Part shown: piece after piece, positions 37,509 to 48,067 of the stretch
Layout: every line of letters begins with the position of its first letter
Position numbering within the stretch: the stretch's first letter is position 1
DNA from: a virus
Length of the DNA: 64,000 nt
Reading direction: 5' to 3' (one strand)
IMG/VR virus record: IMGVR_UViG_3300029448_000015
Location: 1 to 64,000 of that record
Notes under the pieces: generated by a model
The model's input: only the letters and a program-made list of their open reading frames with translations
Told to the model about the DNA's origin: nothing
Database searches by the model: none
Made by a program: the position numbers and the translations under genes

Positions 37509-38558
37509 ATGGGATTTTTTAAAAAAATTTTTAAAGGTATTGGTAAATTTTTCAAGAAAATTGGAAAAGGTATAAAGAAAACCTTTAAAGGTTTTGGAAA
37601 ATTTATGGACAAGATAGGCATCGTAGGCCAAATAGGTATGATGTTTATTTTACCTCACATGGCAGGTGCTTTATTTAAAGGTATAGGTGGTGCAGCTTCT
37701 TATGTAGGTACAGGTATTACAGGTGCTGCAGGACAAGGAACAGGATTGCTTTCTCAGTTAGCTAGAGGAGCAGGGCATGTCATTAATGGAGCAGGTAAGT
37801 TTGCAACAAACATAGGAGCTAAATTTACTAGTATTGGAAATGGAATAAGAGAGTTTGGAAAAACTGCTGCAAATGCACTTCTTCCCGGTAAGCCTTTTGA
37901 AGCAGCTAGTAGTAATTTTTTTGGAGCTAATAGTGCGTGGGGTAAAGCAGTAGCAGATTTTCAAGCTACTCCCGATTTATTTAGTGGTGTTTTTAAACAA
38001 GGAGCTAAAGTTGGAGTTGATACAGCTACTGAAAGTTTAATAGATGTTGCAGTAAGTCCTTCAAGAATTACTCCACCAGAATTTTTATCTAAAGATCCAC
38101 TTACATTAACTGGATCAAAAGATGCTTTAGCACAATTTTCTTTCGATTATGCAGATGCTGCTACAACAGGACTTTCTAAAACTAGTGAAGAAGTTTCTAA
38201 ATCTTTATTAACCAAAGGATTTGATAAATTAAAAACTAATTTTCAAGAAGCTCCAATTAAAACAGTTAAAGATGCTGTAAGTACAGCAGGTCTAGTAAGC
38301 CAAGCTATAGGGGGATCAGATGAAGTAATCATGGATGATGATTATGATTATGGATATGGAAGTGGCTCAGTTTCTCTTACTGCGAATCCTATAGTAACAG
38401 AAGCAGAGTCTGTAGATAATTCTCTTCTTAATCAATACGCTCTTACAACAGTAAATAATTCTTATAATCCAAATTATTATGGTGGTAATTCACCAAGTCC
38501 TTCAGATCCTTATTGGCTTCAGTGGATGAACTCAAACGGGAATCTTTCTTATGGATAA
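37509..38558 (+). CDS. Putative DNA-ejection / pilot protein
   Basis: Amphipathic K/F/G N-terminus followed by Gly/Ala-rich hydrophobic segments. Confidence 0.55.
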   Translation: MGFFKKIFKGIGKFFKKIGKGIKKTFKGFGKFMDKIGIVGQIGMMFILPHMAGALFKGIGGAASYVGTGITGAAGQGTGLLSQLARGAGHVINGAGKFATNIGAKFTSIGNGIREFGKTAANALLPGKPFEAASSNFFGANSAWGKAVADFQATPDLFSGVFKQGAKVGVDTATESLIDVAVSPSRITPPEFLSKDPLTLTGSKDALAQFSFDYADAATTGLSKTSEEVSKSLLTKGFDKLKTNFQEAPIKTVKDAVSTAGLVSQAIGGSDEVIMDDDYDYGYGSGSVSLTANPIVTEAESVDNSLLNQYALTTVNNSYNPNYYGGNSPSPSDPYWLQWMNSNGNLSYG

Positions 38559-39063
38559 TATTACAAAAAAATATTTTTCAAATATGGCAAGACCTATACC
38601 CGGTCAAGGTTTACTAAATGATCCTGAAAATCCGTACCCTTGGGAAAAACCTCCAAGATTTACAGATATTACAAGGGCTTCAGAGTATATATTTGAAACA
38701 TTCATAGATGAAGAATTGTATCCCGATTTAATTGAATCCTTAGATAATGATGTACCTATAATGGATATTACAAGGTTTATGTTATTTAAAGGGTTTACAG
38801 AAGGTTTATGGAATCCTGATTTACTATTAAGGTTAATAGAGCCTACAGGTTATATTCTTCTTGCGTTAGCTGAAAGGTGTTCTATAGATCCTATTTTTTA
38901 TGCAGAAGAAATGGAAGATGAAGCTATTGAAGAAGCTGAAAATCCAACTTTATTTTCTGAATATAAAGAAACAAAAAAAATACCTGCAGGTAAGCTATCT
39001 AAAGATATAGAAGAAAAAATTAAAGACTTACCATCTCCATCTCTTCTAGCGAGGGAAGAATAA
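38551..39063 (+). CDS. Conserved virion-module hypothetical protein
   Basis: PIPGQ.L..DP....PWE.PP, G.WNPDL..LL.EP motifs. Confidence 0.65.
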   Translation: MDNITKKYFSNMARPIPGQGLLNDPENPYPWEKPPRFTDITRASEYIFETFIDEELYPDLIESLDNDVPIMDITRFMLFKGFTEGLWNPDLLLRLIEPTGYILLALAERCSIDPIFYAEEMEDEAIEEAENPTLFSEYKETKKIPAGKLSKDIEEKIKDLPSPSLLAREE

Positions 39064-41429
39064 TGGCAACAGGAATAGATAATTTAGGCCAAAGTTTACT
39101 TGTTGGTCGAGATCAAGGAAGGGCTGAAAAGGAAGAAAGAAAAGAAGCTCAAAGAAGAACTAGAGCTAGAGAAAGAGATCAAGCAGCTAGGAAAGGTGCT
39201 TTACTTACGTTAGGAGGTAACTTACTTAATAGTTACTTTTCTAATAAATATGAAGACTTTTCAAAACGAGAAGAGTTACAGATAGCAAAACGATTATCTG
39301 ATCAAAATAAAAAAGAAAGAGATAAGTTTGAAAATATTGCTATAGCAGCACAATCAGCTAATTTAACAGTGCCTGAGTATTTAGTACAAAATACTAAAGA
39401 AAATTATAATACATTAAAAGATAAAGGTCTTATTAATTCAACTACACTTATGGGGCCAGACCAAGATAAATTATTTGAAACAACTGTAGATAGACACGTA
39501 AATAATTATGTTTATGGAGAAAACTATGAAGTTGGAAAAGACGATACTATAGATTCAAATAGTTTATTTGGTAAATATAAAGCAACTCAAGAAGCTTTAA
39601 AGGGAGTAGATCCTGAAGATTTTAATACATCTGCTGACCTTCTAAAACAAATGCAAGAATCTAATCCGAATGCTAAAAATGTACAACAAAAGTTTTTAAG
39701 ACTTTTAAATTTTAAAGGTATGAATAGCACTGATAGAAAAGAAGCTGCTGAACAAATTATTGCAACTAATTTAGGAGATTTAAAATCTAGGAACGAAGCT
39801 TTAACATTATTTAATCAAGGTTTTAGTCTTCAAGATAGTGTAGGAATGGCTCAAGCAGAAAAAGATTTTATAAATTCTAATATACCTCTAAAAAAAGATG
39901 TGACCAAAACAGAAATAGTTCCTCAACATACAATATATATTGGAGGTAAACCTGTTATTGTACGTGCATTAAAAACAGAATCTAGGTTGTTAAATGGTGC
40001 TATAGCAATAGATTTTAGTGCAGATGAAACATCTAAACGATCAGTGGCAGCTTTTAATTCTCAAGATAAAAGTCTTACTACAACTGAAAAAAAAGAATTT
40101 GATATATTTGGTAGAGAACTAAAAGTTGAAACTACTCATAAACTTGTTGAAAAGCCAGATGGAACTTCTAGTCTTGTTGCTGTTAAACAAACTAAAAACT
40201 ATCTCCCTGTAACACCGGGTAATTTAATATCTGATCAAAAGTTACAAGCACAAGCATTTCTAGATTATGACAACGCAAAGCCCTTATTGCCTGAAGATAC
40301 TAGGGACATATTAACAAATAACCTTACTAAAACAGCAGAGGGTATTATAAATTATAATTCAAATATTGTAAAAGAGGAAATAGCTGCACAAAGAGGAAGT
40401 ATTCACATGGGTGCAAGATTTTTAAATCTTTCAGAATATGTTCCTCAAATTGTTGAAGGTCAAGATACAGCACTTTCTGCAATAATGATGTCTCTTGATA
40501 TGAATTATAAGCAAGGAATTTTAAGTGGTTCTAATCCTATGCGACAATTTTTAGCAAAAGTTAATGAAGCTTATCAAACTAAAACAAGTATTTCACAAGA
40601 AGATTTTCAAGACGTAACTATTAATCCTTTTGTAATGTTAGCTGCACTAGATCAATTACAATTAAAATTAAATAATCCTGAGAAATCACAAATTTTAAAA
40701 ACTTTTATTGAAGAAAATAAAACTAAATTTGGGTTAGAAGGTAATCCAAATGAATACTTTGCTAATTCTTCTCTTCAAGAAAGAGAGTATATGTTGAGCA
40801 TAGTTAAAGCACAGAGTATGAATGAAAATTCTATTTTTAATAACGAAATAATTTCTGGAAGAACTGCTGATGGTACTGACATATCTCTTCCTATAGGTAT
40901 TCAACTTTTAGGTGCAGAAGCAAGTAATCCAGTTGTAGAAGAAGAAAAAGATTTTATTGATTCAATCACTGATTATTTCTCTGGTTCAGATGACACACAG
41001 GGAACAGAAAAGAAAATAGAAAATAAAAAGGTAGAAACAACACAGGTAGAAAATACTTCAAATACTTCACTATTAAATCCTACATCTAATCAAAGTGATT
41101 ATAGTGCAGAAGATTATAAACGCTTTTCAAGACCTGTAACTGGGAGTGCAAAAAAAGTACCTGCAGATGAATATTTTGTAAATAGGGATGGAGATTTAGT
41201 ATATGAAACTGGTAGAGGAACAAAAAGAGTTTATACAGCCAGAACTTCACCTGCATTAAGATTTTTTGAAAGAAAGAAAGAAAAAATAAATGAAAAATCT
41301 CCAGAAGAACTTTTTAAATCTTTTGAATCTTACTTAAAGGAAGGTGATTTTTCTATTCAAGAAATGGAATCTATGGGCTATCCACCTAATTATATCCAAT
41401 ACGCTATTGATTATGTAAAAGGAAGATAG
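39063..41429 (+). CDS. Putative internal virion protein
   Basis: 788-aa ORF in ejection-gene block. Confidence 0.5.
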   Translation: MATGIDNLGQSLLVGRDQGRAEKEERKEAQRRTRARERDQAARKGALLTLGGNLLNSYFSNKYEDFSKREELQIAKRLSDQNKKERDKFENIAIAAQSANLTVPEYLVQNTKENYNTLKDKGLINSTTLMGPDQDKLFETTVDRHVNNYVYGENYEVGKDDTIDSNSLFGKYKATQEALKGVDPEDFNTSADLLKQMQESNPNAKNVQQKFLRLLNFKGMNSTDRKEAAEQIIATNLGDLKSRNEALTLFNQGFSLQDSVGMAQAEKDFINSNIPLKKDVTKTEIVPQHTIYIGGKPVIVRALKTESRLLNGAIAIDFSADETSKRSVAAFNSQDKSLTTTEKKEFDIFGRELKVETTHKLVEKPDGTSSLVAVKQTKNYLPVTPGNLISDQKLQAQAFLDYDNAKPLLPEDTRDILTNNLTKTAEGIINYNSNIVKEEIAAQRGSIHMGARFLNLSEYVPQIVEGQDTALSAIMMSLDMNYKQGILSGSNPMRQFLAKVNEAYQTKTSISQEDFQDVTINPFVMLAALDQLQLKLNNPEKSQILKTFIEENKTKFGLEGNPNEYFANSSLQEREYMLSIVKAQSMNENSIFNNEIISGRTADGTDISLPIGIQLLGAEASNPVVEEEKDFIDSITDYFSGSDDTQGTEKKIENKKVETTQVENTSNTSLLNPTSNQSDYSAEDYKRFSRPVTGSAKKVPADEYFVNRDGDLVYETGRGTKRVYTARTSPALRFFERKKEKINEKSPEELFKSFESYLKEGDFSIQEMESMGYPPNYIQYAIDYVKGR

Positions 41430-41434
41430 CTTAA

Positions 41435-44400
41435 ATGACTCCTGAACAATTAAAATATTTAAAAGAAAATCAAAAAAGTAGTTCTTATTCTTCCTCAAGT
41501 TCTTCTTACTCATCTCCTAGTAAAATTATGAGTGTTACTGAATTTAATAAAAATAAAAAAGTTCAAAGGTTAGCTGATAGTGTTTTTGGTTATTTAAGTT
41601 CAGAAAATAAAATTCCATTTAGAGAAAGTTCTGCTTTTAAAGAAGATATTGCAGAAGCAATGCGAGATGATTATGACTTAACTGTACTAGCACAAAGAGC
41701 TTTAACTCTTTCAAATGCTCCAGATAAAGTTAAAAAAGACTATGCTGAATTACTAGACATCTGGAATAATAAAACTGAAGTTAAAGGATGGTTAGAAAGT
41801 TTAGATGCTGCTAAAGATATAGGAATAGATTTAATAACTGATCCTACTGTTGCTTTATCACTAGCTTCTGGAACTGTTGTTGCTAGGACAGCAGCACAAA
41901 GAGCTTTGCAAGGTAAAGCACAATCAGCTATAGGTAAATTTATACTCTCTGATTCTATTAAAAGTAATACTGCTAAAGCAGGGTTAGCAGGTGCAACTTG
42001 GGGAGGAGGTGAAAACTTCTTAGAACAGTGGAGAGATGTTTCTATAGAAGAAAAAGAAAAGATAGATAAAGGAGAAGTTTTAGAAAGTGCTTTAATAGTA
42101 GGAGCAGTAGGTGCTGCAATCCCCGGAGCAGGTAAAGCAATTTCTAAAAGTTATAAAAAGGTTAAAGAGTTAGGTCAAAAACCTAAAACTAAAAAAACTG
42201 ATGAAGCTTCTAATGTAGGAGAGTCTCCAAGACCTGTTAGAAAAATAATAGAAGAAGAAGAAGTTGAACCTTTACAAGCTAGTACAGATGGAAAAGTTAC
42301 CCCCGAAGTAGAAAAGTTATCTTCTAAAGTTGGAGGAGGTACAAAGACTGCTGAAGAACTTCAAGATGTTGTAGATGAATCTTCTAGAACTAAAGATCCT
42401 AATTTATTTGAAGAAACTCAAAGACTTTTGTTAAAAACAGGAACTTCTTTACTTTTAAAACCTTCTTCATATTTAAATACACCTACTTTAAAAGGTTCTG
42501 CAACAGTTAAAATGCTGCAGAGTCTTTTTCGTTATGACGTAGGTAAAGGTGCTAAAGGTGGAGAAAAGGTAGGCAAAGATTTTAATGAAAATTATGTAAG
42601 TATTCAGGGAAGTTTTTTAACTCCTTTTAAAAAACTTATAGATCCTCTTAAAAGCACTGGTTTTATACGTGGTAGATTTAATTTTAGAGATAAAGTTACA
42701 GACGATACTATTATGAAAGGTCTAAGAGGTGGAGATATTTCAAAGGCAGACTCTCAAATACAAGAAGCTACAGTAGGCGTTAGAAGTATTTTAAATGTTT
42801 TAGGACAAGAGTTAAAAAAATCAGGTTTTATAGAAGAAGTTTTACCTAACTATCTTCCTAGAATGTGGAGTCGCAAAGCAATAAAAAAGAATGAAAGAGG
42901 GTTTAGAGAAATTTTAATTAAATCTAAACAAGCTAAAAATGAAGAAGAAGCAAAAGAAATAATAAATGGTATGCTTGATATTAAAAATAATTTAGATGGT
43001 AATGGAGCATCTAACAATTTTTTTTACAACAGATCGTTAGGTAAAGTTGATGATATTGATGCTGAAGAATTTATAATTGATACACCTTTAGATGAATTAG
43101 TTACAGATTATATTATGCATGCTTCTAAGCATTTAGCTAAAACAAAAACTTTTGGAGTTAGAAATTTAGACGAGTTTCAAAAAAAATATTTACCTATGAT
43201 TGAGAATGAACTTGCTGCAAAAAATAAAACTTTTATAGGAGAAGATAAAGAAAATATTCTTCATTTATATAAGATGGCTACAGGAGAAGGGATTACTGGT
43301 GAAAGATTTTTGGGTGGTCATCCTGCAGATGCGTATTCTACTTTAACAAGAATGGCTTTACTTCCTTTATCTACAATTTCTAGTATTACAGAAATATTTC
43401 TTAACTTTCAAAAAGCAGGAATATTCAATACTGCTGCGTATAAAGGATTTGGAAAAGCTTTAGCTGTTTCTAGTAAAAGTTTAAAAGACTCTACTTTTCA
43501 AGTATTACTAAACAAAAAATATACAAAACAAGAAGCTTGGAGAGAACTAGAAGAATTTTCAATGGCTTTAGATTCTGCAGCTTTAGATGTTGGAGAAAGA
43601 TTAGGTGGATATATACAAGGTAAAGGCTATCAAAAAGCCAATAATCTTTTCTTTAAAACAAATTTACTAGATCAATGGACTAGATTTGTTCAATTAGCTT
43701 CCTTTGGTACTGGAAAAAATTTAATAAAAAGGAATTTAGAATCTATTGCACGAAGAAGAAAGTCAGGGTTAGAACCTTCAGGACGAATTGAAAAACAAAT
43801 AGAGGAACTAAACGAACTTAATATTGATATAGATGCAGGAGTGTCTTGGATAAATAAAGGAGCTAACGTAGATGACTCTTTTTATAAAGATTTAAAATTT
43901 GGAGCAGCTAGATATACAGGAGAAGTTATTTTACAACCTACAGCTACTTCAGGTATTAAACCTGCTTTACAAGCTAATCCAAACACACAGTTATTTTTTC
44001 AATTGCTTTCTTATCCAACTGCTTTTACTAATACAGTTTTATACAATGTAGGTAAAGACCTAGCAAGAGATCCTTTAGGTAAACTTCCCGGTACACTTGC
44101 TGCAGGTTTAATAATGACTGAAACTGCTAGGTACACTAATTGGGTTAGAAGTAGAGGAGAATCAGAAAAAAATAAAACTGAAGCTGAAATATATGAAGAT
44201 GCTATAAGACGATGGGGCGGTAATGGAGTTCTTTTTGATATGCATGAAAGAGCTACTAGAGGAGCACAAGCGTGGCAAAATCCTATTATGTATCCTACAG
44301 GAATGTTTGGCCCAGTTGTAGGAGATGTAGCTACCTCATTATTAACTAGGTCAGTAGGAACTGTATTAGCTGATAAAGTTCCCGGCATGTCAGCTTTTAA

Positions 44401-45019
44401 TACAGTTGAAAAATTTACAGGTTTTAATCCTAGAGAACCTATTGATGAATACTTTGCTGATCCTTTAGATGAATTTTTAAAAGCTCAAGTTCCTGAAAGA
44501 AAAAAGAAAGTTAATCAATCTAATTACAGACCTTTTAAAATAGGTGGAGAAGTAAATGTTCCTAATGCCCCTAAAGAACCTGATGAAAGAATAGATAAAT
44601 TTACTGGCTTGCCTTATAACGAACAGGCAGGAATAGCTTTTAAAGATGAAGAAGATCCTCTTAAAAGACTAGGACTTGCAGGTGGAGGAACTCTAGACTC
44701 TTTAGAAAGGTTAGGATTTAAAGAAGGTTCAGAGGTTACAGGAAAAGTTACACTTGCAGGAAGACCTGTATTTAAAAATAAAAAAGGTGAAATTTATTCT
44801 GAAGTAACCACTACTCTACAACTTGAAAAAAATAAATGGGTTACTTTTCCTACTGTAGATGAGAAAGGAGAATCTTTATCAGATGCAAAGGTTATGAAGT
44901 ATTTAAAAGAAAATGGGCCTATTGACCCTATTACAGGAGAAGAGTTCCCTGTATTTGAAAATGAAAAAGAAGCTTCTGAATATGCAAGAATTAGAACTAA
45001 AGTTCTTCTGGATAATTAA
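41435..45019 (+). CDS. Large internal virion (ejection) protein
   Basis: 1194 aa; NYLPR.W, Q..SYPTAF motifs; distant counterpart of 8134-11259. Confidence 0.6.
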   Translation: MTPEQLKYLKENQKSSSYSSSSSSYSSPSKIMSVTEFNKNKKVQRLADSVFGYLSSENKIPFRESSAFKEDIAEAMRDDYDLTVLAQRALTLSNAPDKVKKDYAELLDIWNNKTEVKGWLESLDAAKDIGIDLITDPTVALSLASGTVVARTAAQRALQGKAQSAIGKFILSDSIKSNTAKAGLAGATWGGGENFLEQWRDVSIEEKEKIDKGEVLESALIVGAVGAAIPGAGKAISKSYKKVKELGQKPKTKKTDEASNVGESPRPVRKIIEEEEVEPLQASTDGKVTPEVEKLSSKVGGGTKTAEELQDVVDESSRTKDPNLFEETQRLLLKTGTSLLLKPSSYLNTPTLKGSATVKMLQSLFRYDVGKGAKGGEKVGKDFNENYVSIQGSFLTPFKKLIDPLKSTGFIRGRFNFRDKVTDDTIMKGLRGGDISKADSQIQEATVGVRSILNVLGQELKKSGFIEEVLPNYLPRMWSRKAIKKNERGFREILIKSKQAKNEEEAKEIINGMLDIKNNLDGNGASNNFFYNRSLGKVDDIDAEEFIIDTPLDELVTDYIMHASKHLAKTKTFGVRNLDEFQKKYLPMIENELAAKNKTFIGEDKENILHLYKMATGEGITGERFLGGHPADAYSTLTRMALLPLSTISSITEIFLNFQKAGIFNTAAYKGFGKALAVSSKSLKDSTFQVLLNKKYTKQEAWRELEEFSMALDSAALDVGERLGGYIQGKGYQKANNLFFKTNLLDQWTRFVQLASFGTGKNLIKRNLESIARRRKSGLEPSGRIEKQIEELNELNIDIDAGVSWINKGANVDDSFYKDLKFGAARYTGEVILQPTATSGIKPALQANPNTQLFFQLLSYPTAFTNTVLYNVGKDLARDPLGKLPGTLAAGLIMTETARYTNWVRSRGESEKNKTEAEIYEDAIRRWGGNGVLFDMHERATRGAQAWQNPIMYPTGMFGPVVGDVATSLLTRSVGTVLADKVPGMSAFNTVEKFTGFNPREPIDEYFADPLDEFLKAQVPERKKKVNQSNYRPFKIGGEVNVPNAPKEPDERIDKFTGLPYNEQAGIAFKDEEDPLKRLGLAGGGTLDSLERLGFKEGSEVTGKVTLAGRPVFKNKKGEIYSEVTTTLQLEKNKWVTFPTVDEKGESLSDAKVMKYLKENGPIDPITGEEFPVFENEKEASEYARIRTKVLLDN

Positions 45020-45393
45020 TGTATAAATACTTTAAAACCTCTGAATTAATTTGTAGCCATACTGGTGAAGATGGTATGCAAGAAGACTTTATGTTAAAGC
45101 TTGATGCATTACGAGAAGAACTTGGCTTTCCTTTTAAAATAAGTAGTGCTTATCGTTCTCCTAAACATCCTATAGAAAGTGCTAAGAAAACACCGGGAGC
45201 ACATACAGAAGGTAGAGCAGTAGATATTAGAGTTTATGGTTCTAATGCTATTAAGCTTGTAGAGGCAGGTATAAAAGCAGGTATGACAGGAGTAGGTATA
45301 AGTCAAAAAGGAAGTATAGGTTTAAGATTTATACATCTAGATGATCTTGAAGAAGGAGGTACTAGACCTAGACCTTGGATATGGAGTTATTGA
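45019..45393 (+). CDS. Peptidase M15A endolysin
   Basis: ISSAYRS..H, H..GRAVDI, FIHLD; homolog of 21353-21700. Confidence 0.85.
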   Translation: MYKYFKTSELICSHTGEDGMQEDFMLKLDALREELGFPFKISSAYRSPKHPIESAKKTPGAHTEGRAVDIRVYGSNAIKLVEAGIKAGMTGVGISQKGSIGLRFIHLDDLEEGGTRPRPWIWSY

Positions 45394-45777
45394 ATGGTTA
45401 ATATTTTAAGTACTATTCTTGGCCCTGTAGGTAATGTAGCTACTACGTTTCTTAAAAATAAAGCTGCTCAGAGTCAGGCTAAACATGATGCTAAAATGTC
45501 TGTTATTCAGAACAATGCTGATTGGGAAGCTAAGATGGCTGACGCTTCAGCAAACTCATGGAAAGACGAATTTTGGACTCTTGTGTTAAGTGCTCCTATT
45601 TTTATGATTAGTTACTCTATTATTGTAGACGATCCATCAGTTATAGATAGAACTAAACAAGCTTTTACAGTTTTATCTGAGCTTCCAGAATGGTATCAAT
45701 ATTTACTTTTTGTATGTATCTCAGCTTCATTTGGAATTAAAGGTGTTGATCGTCTTCTTTCGTTAAAGAAGAAATAA
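45394..45777 (+). CDS. Putative holin (3TM/GTA-release holin-like)
   Basis: SWKDE, LPEWYQ, ASFG; adjacent to the endolysin. Confidence 0.65.
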   Translation: MVNILSTILGPVGNVATTFLKNKAAQSQAKHDAKMSVIQNNADWEAKMADASANSWKDEFWTLVLSAPIFMISYSIIVDDPSVIDRTKQAFTVLSELPEWYQYLLFVCISASFGIKGVDRLLSLKKK

Positions 45778-45778
45778 A

Positions 45779-46234
45779 ATGATAGCAGAAGTAGCAGCCT
45801 GTATTTCGCTTGTTAAAGGTTTAAACGATGCTATATCAGTAGCTAAAGAAGCTAGTGGAAATGCTTCTGCTTTTGCAAATATTGTAGGAAAGTTTGCTAA
45901 AGCTAATGATGCAGTTTTAGAAACAGAAGCAAAGCATGTTGGAAAGATGACTGTTCAAGATTCTTTACAACTTCAAGTAGCTAAAAGACAACTTACTACT
46001 TTTAATCAACAGTTAAAAGATATGATGTTAATGCAAGGATTAGCAGGTGATTATCAAGAGATAATGAATCGTGTTGAAGAATCTAGACTTGCTCACGAAA
46101 AACGTATTAAACAACTTAAACTAGCAAAGCTTAAAAGAGATAAAGAACTTAAAGAAGTACTACAAGTTTTAGGTTATTTTACTTTAATTGTTTCTCTTAT
46201 TGGATCTATTATTTTTATTTATATGGTAGTTTAA
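45779..46234 (+). CDS. Hypothetical membrane-anchored coiled-coil protein
   Basis: Close homolog of 6247-6702. Confidence 0.75.
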   Translation: MIAEVAACISLVKGLNDAISVAKEASGNASAFANIVGKFAKANDAVLETEAKHVGKMTVQDSLQLQVAKRQLTTFNQQLKDMMLMQGLAGDYQEIMNRVEESRLAHEKRIKQLKLAKLKRDKELKEVLQVLGYFTLIVSLIGSIIFIYMVV

Positions 46235-46236
46235 AT

Positions 46237-46587
46237 ATGAACCCACCTAAACAACTTGAACCCGGCTCTAGTTACGCTAAGTATGATACAGATGGTGATG
46301 GTATTGTAAGTGATGATGAACTAAAAGCTTCTGAAAAACTTATGCAATTAGAATTACAAAATGAAAAAGCTGATGCTCAAAAGAATATGTGTTGGATAAC
46401 TTTATTGGGTATGATGTTATATCCTTTATTAGTTGTAATAGCAGATTTTTTAGGACTAGATAAGTCTAGTGATATTTTAGGAGCAATGAGTAGTATTTAT
46501 TATGTTAGTGCAGCAGGTATCTTATCAGTATGGTTTGGATCTACCGCCTATACAAATACTAAGAATGGAAATAAAAATGGCAACTAA
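46237..46587 (+). CDS. EF-hand plus two-TM membrane protein (holin-like)
   Basis: DTDGDGIVSDDE loop followed by two hydrophobic helices. Confidence 0.65.
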   Translation: MNPPKQLEPGSSYAKYDTDGDGIVSDDELKASEKLMQLELQNEKADAQKNMCWITLLGMMLYPLLVVIADFLGLDKSSDILGAMSSIYYVSAAGILSVWFGSTAYTNTKNGNKNGN

Positions 46588-46765
46588 AAAGAAGAAGAGT
46601 ACAGTTAATAAAGCAGGTAATTATACTAAACCTACGATGCGTAAAAGATTATTTAATAAAATTAAATCAGGCACTAAAGGTGGTAAGGCAGGACAGTGGA
46701 GTGCAAGAAAGGCACAGATGCTTGCCAAGCAATATAAAGACGCAGGTGGAGGATATAAAAGTTAA
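46577..46765 (+). CDS. Small basic protein
   Basis: Homolog of 26319-26525; start at MATKKK. Confidence 0.8.
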   Translation: MATKKKKSTVNKAGNYTKPTMRKRLFNKIKSGTKGGKAGQWSARKAQMLAKQYKDAGGGYKS

Positions 46766-47013
46766 TGGCTCTTAAAAAATCTCAGAAGTCTTTAAAGGAT
46801 TGGACTAAGCAGAAGTGGCGTACTAAATCAGGTAAGCCTAGTGCTAAGACAGGTGAAAGATATCTACCTGAGAAAGCAATCAAAGCACTTAGTAATAAAG
46901 AGTATGCAGCTACTACTAAAAAGAAAAGAGAAGATACAAAGAAAGGTAAGCAACACTCTAAGCAACCTAAGAAAGTAGCAGCTAAAACTAGAAAGTATCG
47001 TAAAAAAAGATGA
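46765..47013 (+). CDS. Small basic protein (DUF5872-like)
   Basis: Homolog of 26525-26779. Confidence 0.8.
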   Translation: MALKKSQKSLKDWTKQKWRTKSGKPSAKTGERYLPEKAIKALSNKEYAATTKKKREDTKKGKQHSKQPKKVAAKTRKYRKKR

Positions 47014-47156
47014 CAGAAGTTACTAAACAACAAAAAGAAAGAATTAAGTTTCAAGATAAAAAAATAAAACACCAAGCTTATTTAATTGAAATACAACAAA
47101 ACCAAATTAAAGAGTGGATAGAAAAACAAAAAGAGGATAGAATACATGGCTCATGA
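47010..47156 (+). CDS. 48-aa coiled-coil microprotein
   Basis: ATGA overlap with upstream gene; fills the gap exactly. Confidence 0.45.
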   Translation: MTEVTKQQKERIKFQDKKIKHQAYLIEIQQNQIKEWIEKQKEDRIHGS

Positions 47157-47439
47157 GGATAGAAAAAAAGCTATGCTTAAAAAGCATAGACTTAAAGGAG
47201 TTAATAAACCTAAAAGAACTCCTGATCATAAAACTAAATCTCATGTTGTTTTAGCTCAAGATGGTCATAAGCTAAAATTAATACGCTTCGGTCAGCAAGG
47301 CGTTAGAGGGGCAGGTAAAAACCCTCAGACTGCTAAAGACAAAGCTAGAAAAAAATCATACTATGCTAGACATAATGCTCAAGATGCAAAGCCATCTAAG
47401 ATGAGTGCTCGTTATTGGTCGCATAGAACTAAATGGTAA
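47146..47439 (+). CDS. Small basic protein (K.IRFGQQG family)
   Basis: Homolog of 25567-25866. Confidence 0.8.
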   Translation: MAHEDRKKAMLKKHRLKGVNKPKRTPDHKTKSHVVLAQDGHKLKLIRFGQQGVRGAGKNPQTAKDKARKKSYYARHNAQDAKPSKMSARYWSHRTKW

Positions 47440-47467
47440 TTTAATTATAGGAGATAAGTAAAAGTAA

Positions 47468-47647
47468 GTGGAAAGAACTAATAACCCCCTACCCGAAACA
47501 GAAAATAAATTTTATATACCTTCAGAACAACAAAGACTTTTAAAATCTAATTCTTTAGAAATTAAAAAATCTAATAGAACAAATAAGATTAATCGTAGAC
47601 CTACCCATTTAAATTGGAAAGTTAATCTTTGGACGGCTTATTTGTAA
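47468..47647 (+). CDS. 59-aa hypothetical protein
   Basis: GTG start; C-terminal HLNWKVNLW resembles 22013-22096. Confidence 0.35.
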   Translation: MERTNNPLPETENKFYIPSEQQRLLKSNSLEIKKSNRTNKINRRPTHLNWKVNLWTAYL

Positions 47648-47648
47648 C

Positions 47649-47861
47649 TTACTTAACTCTTTTAAGATGAAGTTTAGTAGTAGCAGATATTTGCTTAGAT
47701 GTTTCAAGAATAAATTCAGAGTGTGCGTTTATTCTTTCTACCATCAAAGGGAATAAATCTTCATAGCAATCCATATTAGTTAAATGTTTTATTACTTCAG
47801 CATTCACTCTAAGTGAAGAAACTACTGGATGTTCAAAACTTAATATTTCATCATCTATCAT
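47649..47861 (-). CDS. Hypothetical protein
   Basis: ORF track, coupled. Confidence 0.6.
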   Translation of the reverse strand: MIDDEILSFEHPVVSSLRVNAEVIKHLTNMDCYEDLFPLMVERINAHSEFILETSKQISATTKLHLKRVK

Positions 47862-48067
47862 AATAAAGCATTTAACTCATTTTCTAGTTTTTTATGTAAT
47901 GCATTAAAAGCTATTGTGCTTTCTCGCACTATTGTTTTAACACGCTGTTGAGAATACACATCTTTAAAAACTGTATCTACTTTATCTATAGGCAGCATAG
48001 ATATTTCTGTTACTAGTTTATTTTTACTAGTAATAACAATTTTACAACTTGCTAAGTTAGCTTCCAT
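47858..48067 (-). CDS. Hypothetical protein
   Basis: ORF track, coupled. Confidence 0.6.
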   Translation of the reverse strand: MEANLASCKIVITSKNKLVTEISMLPIDKVDTVFKDVYSQQRVKTIVRESTIAFNALHKKLENELNALL

